From Fistulifera solaris (Eukaryota): 64,000 nucleotides of DNA. The stretch is taken from positions 620,001-684,000 of the forward strand of contig AP026172.1 in the NCBI GenBank assembly GCA_030295235.1, given 5' to 3'. This document shows, piece by piece, positions 33,508-42,823 of this stretch. Below the pieces are notes generated by a model that saw only the letters and a list, made by a program, of their open reading frames with translations, searched no databases and had not been told where the DNA came from. Numbering within the stretch: position 1 is the stretch's first letter; every line of letters starts with the position of its first letter. The position numbers and the translations under genes are program-made.

Positions 33508-34962
33508 TCAATTGCGTTCGTCATTGACAACATCCGATAACTTCAGTTTTGTCTCGTCTGTTTTCAGTTGCTCTTCTGCACTGCTGGTTTTAACACCCGT
33601 CGCTTCTTGATCAATGGATTCAAGAGTGACTTCTTCCAAGACTTTTCTCCATTCATCTGTAGAAATATCCCCTACATGTTCCCCCGAACTGTTCTTTGGA
33701 CTGAATTTACGGGCCAACAAGCATCCCCCTTGCCGGGCTAATTTAACAATCCGACGCAAATCACTCGCGGAAAACGTCGCAGGATTGCGCATCCCTTCAC
33801 TCCAGTCGGTATAGGTCACTGGTTGTATGCAGACTTGTTCGCGTGAAGTCTCGCCCTCGGTTAAAATTTGCAATACAGCCAGGGCCGTTGGGAAATACAT
33901 TTCGTCACTGGCATTAACATGCTTGAACGAATTCCACAATTGCTCATGGGGACGCAAATGTTGGTCGAGATCGAGGACTGCCGCCGCGTGGGGTCGTGAC
34001 AGCACCATCCACTGATCGGCTTTCCAACGCATTGACTGTGGTATCATGCGATGAATATCACAGAACTGGTCACGTTCGTACTTGTTCCTAGGTGTTCCCG
34101 GGGTATTCCGATTGCGTGCGTTGACCCAACTGACTTCCCAAGGATTGGCTCTCGTGGTAGTCGCATTCGAATCATCGTTGCGAGTTTGACCGACCAATCG
34201 CCGTGCTGTAGCATTCGTCGCAAATAAACTTTGAATGCACTCATCCAAAGTCGTTACGGGTAGACACGTTTCGCTGATAAAAATAAACTTATCTACCAGG
34301 GGAACTTCGGCTGGGAGACTTTCCTCGATCATATACCGGCGCCTCGTAAAGCGGTCGTCCTTTTCCCGATCCGAGCTACTATTCCGACCAATTTCCATCG
34401 CCGCCGCTAATAAATCCACCATGGCCCGCGTAATTTGAACTGATCCCCATTCCGGACAATGTGAATGAAAAATGGGATCGGAAAACGAATTTCCTCGACC
34501 CATTTTGGGAGGTTCTGTAAGTAGACGTTGACGCAGCCAGGAACTTTTGACTTGCATGGGAAATTTCGCGTGACACAGCAAGCTAACTTTGTGCTGGCTC
34601 TTAGATGACGCAGCCCATTCTTTCCAAACATGTTCGTACGGTAAGTCATCGATAGATATGGCAAGAAGAGCAATGTGTTTTGGTTTTGTGTCGCTAGTGC
34701 TCGAGTGGAGTGGCAAAGGTCGATACGGCGGCAAGCAGCGATAACCGTAATCCGCCAAAGTATCTAGTGGATTGCGGGAATGAGGACCTCGTCCCGCATA
34801 TCCTCCACGTCCTCTGTTCTGATTGTCGTATCGAGGTCTCTGGTTCCGCCTGGGATCGCTCTCACGTTCCGGAGGGCGAACGCGAGGACGATCATCATCG
34901 GTATTACGCGCAGCCCGCTGTGCTGACTTTTCAAGATTGGCTAGTGCCGCAGCAAAATCCAT
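33508..34962 (-). CDS. Core-2/I-branching (GT14-like/DUF266) glycosyltransferase-domain protein
   Basis: EWGSVQITRAM, FIFISETCLPV, KADQWMVLSRPHA, SDEMYFPT, TYTDW, LLARKF. Confidence 0.85.
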   Translation of the reverse strand: MDFAAALANLEKSAQRAARNTDDDRPRVRPPERESDPRRNQRPRYDNQNRGRGGYAGRGPHSRNPLDTLADYGYRCLPPYRPLPLHSSTSDTKPKHIALLAISIDDLPYEHVWKEWAASSKSQHKVSLLCHAKFPMQVKSSWLRQRLLTEPPKMGRGNSFSDPIFHSHCPEWGSVQITRAMVDLLAAAMEIGRNSSSDREKDDRFTRRRYMIEESLPAEVPLVDKFIFISETCLPVTTLDECIQSLFATNATARRLVGQTRNDDSNATTTRANPWEVSWVNARNRNTPGTPRNKYERDQFCDIHRMIPQSMRWKADQWMVLSRPHAAAVLDLDQHLRPHEQLWNSFKHVNASDEMYFPTALAVLQILTEGETSREQVCIQPVTYTDWSEGMRNPATFSASDLRRIVKLARQGGCLLARKFSPKNSSGEHVGDISTDEWRKVLEEVTLESIDQEATGVKTSSAEEQLKTDETKLKLSDVVNDERN

Positions 34963-35363
34963 TTTAAAAATGCAAAGGACGAGACAATTAAATGAATACA
35001 ACAGTTGATAGGACAATTTTTTGTTTAGGCAGTAAAAGTATATGTTACTTTCATTGTAAAAAAAGAGGTCGGTACAAAATCATCGTGCTTTTAATTACGT
35101 AGTAGTTGCAAGTCGCAATAAACGCGAGAGCCTACCGGTATTCATGAATTAAATGTGTAGTACCGCTATGCCGACCACCCGCCTATTATTATTTTTGCAC
35201 CGTCCGTTTATCCACCCGCCCGTTTCTTTGTTGTCCGCTTGTACGTGAACCGAATACCAATTACCCGTTTACTAAAAAAAACTGGTGCCATTTCCCTCGC
35301 GCCTCCGTCGAGAGTGATCTACATCTGATGCCGAGCATACAAACAGTTGTTGATACTGAACAG

Positions 35364-35667
35364 GTGTGTATACGTTGTAAGGAGGATTTCAGTTTGTAGA
35401 TGTTTATATGACATATCTGGAGAAGGGTTAATGAGTTCCATGTAACTATGAATGCGCTCGCGACAGTCTGTGGACGAGGAGCCTTGCCTCGAATGCGAAT
35501 TTCGAAATTCTCGGTTTTTACCTCCCCATACCCAACTTGATTCGATTATTGAAAGAGATTTTTCATTTGCAGAATATCCTGATGTTAGACTTCGATTTGG
35601 TCTGTTGCTAGAGAGACTCGAGACTCACGCGCTTCATTTCCATTTTCCTTCTTCCAACCCTTCACAG
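35364..35667 (+). other. Probable 5' UTR intron of RPS23
   Basis: CAG/GTGTGT donor, GACTCAC branch-like motif, long polypyrimidine tract and CACAG acceptor 27 nt before the ATG. Confidence 0.55.
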
Positions 35668-35693
35668 TTTGTCTAGTATATATATAATTCAAT

Positions 35694-36125
35694 ATGGGTA
35701 AGCCGAGTGGTATCCGCACGGGTCGCAAATTGCGTACCCACCGCAAAAATCAACGCTGGAGGGATTTGAAGTACAGCAAAGCCAACTCCGTCACCGCTAT
35801 GAAGGCCAACCCCATGGGTGGATCCACCATGGCCAAGGGAATCGTCTTGGAGAAAATTGGTATTGAGGCCAAACAGCCCAACTCCGCTATCCGAAAATGT
35901 GTCCGTGTGCAATTGATTAAGAACGGCAAGAAAATCGCGGCCTTCGTACCCCGTGACGGTTGCTTGAACTACGTAGATGAGAACGATGAAGTGTTGATTG
36001 CCGGTTTCGGTCGATCCGGTCACGCTGTGGGTGATATTCCCGGTGTTCGATTCAAGGTTGTCAAGGTTGCCGGTGTGTCGCTTTGGGCTTTGTACAAGCA
36101 AAAGAAGGAAAAGCCGCGTTCTTAA
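35694..36125 (+). CDS. RPS23: 40S ribosomal protein S23 (uS12)
   Basis: [55 protein letters not shown]. Confidence 0.99.
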   Translation: MGKPSGIRTGRKLRTHRKNQRWRDLKYSKANSVTAMKANPMGGSTMAKGIVLEKIGIEAKQPNSAIRKCVRVQLIKNGKKIAAFVPRDGCLNYVDENDEVLIAGFGRSGHAVGDIPGVRFKVVKVAGVSLWALYKQKKEKPRS

Positions 36126-36249
36126 ATCTCTTAAGAAATATAAAATACACCGCCGTTCTCTACTGCTGTCCTTATGTTTGGGTACAAATAGTGATTCTTC
36201 ATTCATAGGATTGACAGGTTCATTACAGCATAGTGTTACGCAATAATAC

Positions 36250-36942
36250 TTAAGGCAGTAAGGCATCTGGGTCTTCGTGATATTCCAGAAAAAGTTGTTC
36301 CAGAGTTGGCATGACCAATTCGGATTCGTGGGGAGTCAACATTAAGCGGTTATCGGGCATGTCTGGGCACTGCTTCCCCACCAACAAAACAGGATCGAGG
36401 ATACGAACCAAGTTAAACTCCTTACCCCGATGCTCAAACGACAATAGCACTTCTACTTCTTCCTCCTCCTCATCTTCATCCATAGAAAGCTCGTCGTCTT
36501 CTTCAAATTCGTCTTCGTCGTCATCGTCTTCCAATTCTCCCACCAACGTCAATGTTTGAGGCGTACGTTGCAGTATGAGTTCCTCCCCGAACTCTTCTGC
36601 CACAATCGATTCCGCGAGCGGGAAGACGTCATCCATCATTTCGTCGTCAAGTTCGACAGGGATGAGCTGCGAATCTTCGTCCAAATAACAGAGTGCGACC
36701 GCATAGTCGCAAGGAAAGCCGATGGTGTATTCGACGCCATTGACTGTGGCGATCGAGTCGGCGTAGCATTCAATGAACGATTTTCCGTCAATGAACGGAA
36801 TGGGAACGCCTTCCAAATCGGACGGAACCGGCGAAAGGGCTGGATTGGTGTTAAAGCATCGAGTGTGGATGATGCGTGGGGAAGGAACGATCACAAAGGC
36901 GTTTGCGTACGCAATAAGGAGGAAAAGCACAATTCTCATCAT
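36250..36942 (-). CDS. Plastid-targeted DUF3727-like acidic protein
   Basis: Presequence ending ANAF. IECY...NGVEY...PCDYAV, LQRTPQTLTLVGEL, acidic linker, EVLLSFEH.G.EF...LDPVLLVGK. Confidence 0.7.
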   Translation of the reverse strand: MMRIVLFLLIAYANAFVIVPSPRIIHTRCFNTNPALSPVPSDLEGVPIPFIDGKSFIECYADSIATVNGVEYTIGFPCDYAVALCYLDEDSQLIPVELDDEMMDDVFPLAESIVAEEFGEELILQRTPQTLTLVGELEDDDDEDEFEEDDELSMDEDEEEEEVEVLLSFEHRGKEFNLVRILDPVLLVGKQCPDMPDNRLMLTPHESELVMPTLEQLFLEYHEDPDALLP

Positions 36943-37751
36943 TTGTGCTTTGATAGGAAAAAGAGTGCAAAGAAAGAATCGTTTTTTCAATTGTTACTTT
37001 CAAAGTGTCAAGTTTCTTTCATTGGTCTTCTCACAGAACGCCGCGTTGTTGATGGTTTCGTTGTTATATCGGCGGTTGGTTCTGGATCTTTTCGGTCAGC
37101 CGTCAGACGCAGGCACGTACCGGTTCGACACGAAACACGAACAAATTTGTGTGCCAATAGTACGGGCAAAGAATAGAAAGAATTATATCTTCAACCTGAC
37201 CGATAATATTCATTGCGATTGCCTCCACATCAAAATGAGAAAGGACAAAAGCGGAACAGTCTATTTTGACTGTTAAAATGGTTGATTCAAAGCTCAAAAG
37301 TCTTCGTTGCGCTAGAGACAAGCGTCCATGGCCTAGGGCCCTGGAACCATGCTCTCCTCTTCCGCTTGACTACTGAAACTGAGTCTCAAGGCCTATATGT
37401 GAAGCACAAGCCCACATGCAATCCTTATCTCGGTCATCTCTACATCTTTGGAAACTTTTCGTTGGGAACGGTTTCTTTCTTGCCAAGACTCCTCGATTTG
37501 TTGGTCGGAGTCGGAGTCGCGGCTGTGCCCGTTCCTCAACGCTCTTCAGTTTACAGTTCCGTAATGTGTACGTAAACGATCTCACTGGTAATCACGGCGT
37601 TTCCATTGTAAACACGAAACGAAAACTGGTCTCCAAATCAAAAAACTGCTCGCGTCTTTTCGCTCGCACATCGGCTGCCACTTTTTCTTCTCACAATTTT
37701 CTCAACCAAAGCAACATATCGCACTGGCGACTCTCGTAACCTCAAGAAGCC

Positions 37752-38006
37752 ATGCGCCTACCACCCCGCTGCAACCCGTTCATGGATGAATCGGAGAGAT
37801 GGTTTTACGCGGAAATGCGACGAAATGATAAGGGAAAGCGGCGCTGGCGCAAACAGAAGAAGGACTCTGAAGACTACGAATTCCCATGGTTCTTCATCGC
37901 GGTTATGTCTTATTATGAATACACAGAGCGTGCTGAACTACGACGCGAGGAACGCGACCGGCGTAAAAAGCAACGAGCCTCCTATCGGCGTCGTCAAAGA
38001 CAATGA
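37752..38006 (+). CDS. Arg-rich orphan protein, copy 1 (C-terminus frameshifted relative to copy 2)
   Basis: MRLPPRCNPFMDESE is identical to copy 2. One base shorter at ~37999. A downstream WDDYYW* (ends ~38095) resembles the ANYPW* end of copy 2. Confidence 0.55.
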   Translation: MRLPPRCNPFMDESERWFYAEMRRNDKGKRRWRKQKKDSEDYEFPWFFIAVMSYYEYTERAELRREERDRRKKQRASYRRRQRQ

Positions 38007-38929
38007 AGACACTGCAAAGAATGGATATACCAACATCATAAGAGCCATCGCTTAAAAAATAAGTCAAAGGCGACTGGGACGACTACTACTGGTGAATCGA
38101 ATAGAGAAAATGAAGATACTCTCATCTAAGAAAGAGAATCAAATAGATAGAAATATAGAAACATACACTTCATCATGAATGTAGCTAGGCGAAATCGCAT
38201 GTGAACTTATTTACTACATAGATCTTTAGCTTTTTCACCTACATCGGTACCAGGTCGGGGGCAAGACTTGCAATAATGCCGTGGACCTGACGCATCGCTT
38301 TATAATCAAGACAGTCTAGTTTCTATTGCTATTATTTCTACCGTGCGATTACGAGAGATGACAATAGGCGAAAAACGTTTATGCTGGTTAATTAGTAAAT
38401 TTAAGAGTCAGCGCAGTCTTCGTTTCGCCGTTATCGTTCTAGGCTCGTGCTCTGCTCTTTCACTCGACTACTGGACATCTCGAATCAAGGTCTAGTCATC
38501 AAGCAGAAGCTACGCACAATCGACAACTCGATAACGTCTTCAATTTTTAGGTTTTTTAGTGATGAGATTGGAAACCCTTGCTTTTGGAAACGGCGTGAAT
38601 GAGCCGTTTCTGTTTTGCCGAAGACGACTCGTTATTTGGTCGGAGTCGGAGTCGCGGTTGTGACGGATTTTTAGGTATTCGATCTTGACACTAAAAGAAG
38701 GTGTACCCAAGTGATCTTACTGGTAATCACGGCGTTTTCATTGTAAACACGAAACGAAAACTGGTGCGAAAAATTGCTCGCGTTTTATTCTCGCTCACAT
38801 CGTCTGCTTGACATTTTTCTTCTCACAATTTTCTCAAGCAGAGCAACTCATCGCACTTGAGAAAAGACCCTGATACAGGGCAAAGTACACAAAGCAAGTT
38901 CATTTTCACTGTCATAACCTTAAGACACC

Positions 38930-39280
38930 ATGCGTCTCCCACCCCGCTGCAACCCGTTTATGGATGAATCGGAGAAGAGGATCTACGCGGAGATGCGCCG
39001 AAATGACAAAGAACAGCGGCGCCGGCGTAAGCAGAAGAAGAAATATGAAAACTCCAAATCACCATGGATCGTCGTTGCGATTATGTCATATCTTGCATAC
39101 AAGGAGCGTGCTCGACTACGTCGGAAGGAACGCGAGCGGCGTGCCGAGCAACGAGCCTCGTATCGACGTCGTCAAAGAACCATGAAAAGACTGCGAAGAA
39201 TGGAAATGGAAAAGTCGAGATCATACGAAACATCTGTTTGGGAAGATTTTCGTACCTATTTCGCCAACTATCCCTGGTAA
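38930..39280 (+). CDS. Arg-rich orphan protein, copy 2 (116 aa)
   Basis: The ORF is conserved with copy 1 at protein level with synonymous changes in the first codons (CGC CTA vs CGT CTC, TTC vs TTT). Confidence 0.65.
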   Translation: MRLPPRCNPFMDESEKRIYAEMRRNDKEQRRRRKQKKKYENSKSPWIVVAIMSYLAYKERARLRRKERERRAEQRASYRRRQRTMKRLRRMEMEKSRSYETSVWEDFRTYFANYPW

Positions 39281-39787
39281 TTTGATGACCAATGGAGTAC
39301 ATGAAGAGATTGTCATCGCGGCGGCATTCCTGTTCGATGAAGCATGAAAGCATCCGAAAAGTAAATAAAATAGATAGATAGAAATAATGATTAAAAACCG
39401 TACAATTCATCTCTTATTCATTGTATGCAACAAGGTTGGTGAACTACTGTATTGCCTGGATTGACTTAGATCGACTGATGCCGTGGACCTGACGCATCGC
39501 CCTTGTAAGCGAGACGGTCAACGTTGTAGCCCTTCTCACTAGTTCTACAAGACTAAGATAGAGAAGAATGCAATGCCTTCTCGCTCCAGAAGAAATGATT
39601 TCGTAAGAGGTGCAAAGGATAAGGATGATGATCGAAAGTAGTGACCGTTGATGTTACCGGCAGCTGGAACCTTAAACTTAACCGGGAAACCGCCCAAAAA
39701 TTTGCCTCGGGCGCGTCTTTTTTTTTCTCATTTGCTTCAATAGAGACAACAACAATGCCATCAAAGAAGGATAGATAACAAAAAGAC

Positions 39788-41424
39788 ATGGATTTAAAAG
39801 ATGAAAAGCATGCGCCTTGTCAAGGCCTGCAAAAGCACTTGCTCCGCATTGACAAAGTACTCGCCAATTTTGCTGAAACAGCCACCCTCTTGCGTCCCGC
39901 TCGTACCGGACTGTGGAACTCCGCAACACCGCCTTCACTCGATCACATTGTCGACGTTTACGCTCCCGTTGGAATGAAAGAATCATTTCGGCAACTCTAT
40001 CGTCTTTTGCGAACTCATTTGCTACAAGAGAAGAGAAATGCGGCAGCGTTCTTGCGAGGGAATCGGGGCTCGGGCAAATCCCTCTTGTTGCGACAATGCT
40101 TGCGAGCCTTACAAGACGAAGCCGAACACATCCAAAGTTCATCACCACAGAAGCCAATGGTACGTGTCATTTCCGTAAATGGTATTGCGGTGCCGGGACG
40201 GAATTTCAGTGCTGTGATTATGGAGATTTTATTTCAATTAACCGCCGGTGAAATGGAAGATGGAAACATCGACAAGAAAGAACAGAAGATCCTGGAACTG
40301 ATCCGACTCAAAAGACGTCTTCATTTACGAACAATATGCAACTGTTAAGCGAAGCTCTGGAAATCGCGCGAGGTGACCAGATACCTTTCTTGTTCGTTTT
40401 AGATCCATTGGAAGCTTTTATTGCCACGGGTGGACACTCGTCGTTGCAGCTACCGTTGGATCAACGAAACAAGCAGAATCAAGAATTGCTTCTCTATTAC
40501 ATACTGGATCGGGTGGCCACTCGAGGCTCTCTGGTATCCTTCGTGGGCTTATCGCACGATGTACATTGCTTGAAGCGATTGGAGAAACGCACTCGAAGTC
40601 GAGCGGAAAGTGCTCTGTTCATTTCTTGTGAATCGTTTCCTTCTTACGATGAGCTGATCGAAGCTATGTTGCTGAATTTGGAGGAACATCCCGATCTACA
40701 GCAACAAGTTGGTCGCTGTTTACGTTTTTCGGACAAGATGACGACGGAACAAGAGAGCGTCGTCAAATGTCTACAGCGAGAACATCGCATGGGTAGGGAC
40801 GCGAGGTGGTTTTCTCGCGTGCTTTTATTTGCCCTAACTTATTATCGAGATCAATGCAGTTACGTTTTGAATTCCGATGATGCTGACGGCACACTGAAAA
40901 TGGAATTTTCTCTTCAATACCTAGTCGAAGCGATGGTGGATATGGGAGCTTCTCTGCCTCGACATCGTCCCTCGGATTTGAGGATGCAGGCGTTGGCGGA
41001 CTTGTCTAGTCCTCAAACTGTACTTATTTTAGCAGCGAAACGTATCTTGACGAGGGATACACAAAGAACGAGTGATACTCCTACAATTCGACTAACGTTG
41101 GAGCGGATTTTGAATGAATACAGCACAGCCATCCAAAAAGGCTCACTTTTGTCGAATCGCTATTCCTCATCTCAACTATGGAAAGCCTTTCAAGAGCTTA
41201 TGGGTGTGGACCTTTTTCGTCCTGCTGCAGACACTGATGGAAATCTGCCGTTCCAGTACATGCATCTGGACTCACTGTATCAAGATATGGATAGAAACAC
41301 TTTTGTGAGTCGGATGCCATTACACATGACTGTGGATGTACACCGCGAAGTGAAAGTGGCGTTAGAGCAAAATATTATACAGTGCTCGACAGCGTTACGA
41401 GAGTGGGGACTCAAAACGAATTAA
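39788..41424 (+). CDS. ORC4: Origin recognition complex subunit 4
   Basis: Walker A LRGNRGSGKS, Q.LLYYILDRV, FVGLS...LKRLEKRTRSR, LADLSSPQTVLILA. Frameshift near 40312. Confidence 0.85.
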
Positions 41425-41432
41425 TGATTTGC

Positions 41433-42516
41433 TTATCGGTCGTGCCGGAGGACCATTTTGGGCAAACCGTGTAATATACTCAGAGCTTCCGCGTTGATCG
41501 CATCAATGACATCAAACGTTGATTGGAGAGCTTTGACCAGCCCAACTCCCCTGACCTGCGTGGACCACACCGATATCCGGATTGCCGTGTTCAACGGCAT
41601 CCTTGTATTCCTGAACAACAACACTATCTGAGGAATGAATTGCAGCAATAAGGTTTTCCGGTGGTTGCAAATCCCATTGCCTCGAAAAATCGTTATGTAC
41701 TGCACCGATCGAGTCAAAGGGGTAAGGCCATGGAGTGCTACTGTACGAATTCTGTATTGCATCAAACACAGGGGTGCGGATGATCTCATCGCACGATTCT
41801 ACTTCTACGAGACGTTGCTTCACGGACGCTTGTCCTTTGGATTCACTCGTTGCCCATAAACGAGTGCCCAACACGACACCGTCACATCCAAGCGCCAAGG
41901 CGGCCACGAGACTTCGCCCATCCATAATACCCCCCGCTGCGAGAACAGGCGTGTCAGGGTCGTACTCACTACGAACAATCGAAACAGCTGTGGAAGCAAA
42001 TGGCAATGTGCCGTTTCCTAACTCTCGACGTAAGCCGTGTCCTCCGGCTTCTGAACCTTGTACAATTATGCTATCGGCACCAGCGTCCAAGGCCATCCTT
42101 GCTTCTTTTATACTTCCTACTTGGCACAGTACCTTAGCGTTGTATTTATGAGCCATCTTAATGTTGGTCATAGCTTTCTGCTTGTCGTGTGCAACAACTG
42201 CCGGAGCGAAAAATTGTACTACAGCAGGTCGGTGTTTGTCTAGTATAAATTCAAATCGTTTCCACCCTTCCGGTGATCCAAACGTAGAAAAGCAAATGAA
42301 TCCGATGCTCAATGGATGGATATCATCCTTTCTAAACTCCTCGATGTCTTTTTCGATTGAAGTGACCTCTTGTAGATGACCCGCCGCCAACAAGCCTAGA
42401 CCTCCTGCACGGCACACTTCGTAAGCCATTAAAGCACTAACATGGTTCGCCATGGGAGCACCCATGATGGGAAGACGAGCAGGAAATTTTTTCGTAAAAC
42501 GTGTCGACCAAGTCAT
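41433..42516 (-). CDS. Nitronate monooxygenase / 2-nitropropane dioxygenase-family flavoprotein
   Basis: PIMGAPM, AGGLG, VQGSEAGGH, VLAAGGIMDGR, GVVLGTR, AGQG(VGL). Frameshift near 41550. Confidence 0.9.
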
Positions 42517-42823
42517 TCTACAGAAGATCGACGCTTAATTTCTCGCACTGTTGTTATCTTTACTCAACTTCGTTAATGTTCGAACTATCGCATAGCATTA
42601 GAAGGGACGGTATGCACTATGCACTAAACAAAATTTATTGTTGCGTTTTCGAAAGAAATGCACCATCATGTATCTCTGAAAAAATATTTCTGCAGTGTTT
42701 TCAGAGGTACACGGGTATTGGCCAGACTGTGGAGTTTATAAGAATACTACGTTCGAGAGTTGGGAAGATTATTTAGTTTGTCAATTTGCCAGTGCTTAAC
42801 AATATGTATAATTTGATTAAGAC

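Larger units (their letters stand above)
37240..39520. repeat. Diverged tandem segmental duplication, unit ~1.1-1.2 kb
   Basis: Colinear matching blocks 37501-37522/38636-38657, 37584-37630/38719-38765, ORFs at 37752/38930, and 38276-38298/39478-39500. Outer boundaries approximate. Confidence 0.9.

Noticed and set aside
35673..37276. Long antisense ORFs over RPS23 and the DUF3727-like gene (also 13290-13931, 56298-56951, 61948-62469)
   Set aside because: Shadow ORFs of codon-biased genes on the opposite strand, with no recognisable motifs.
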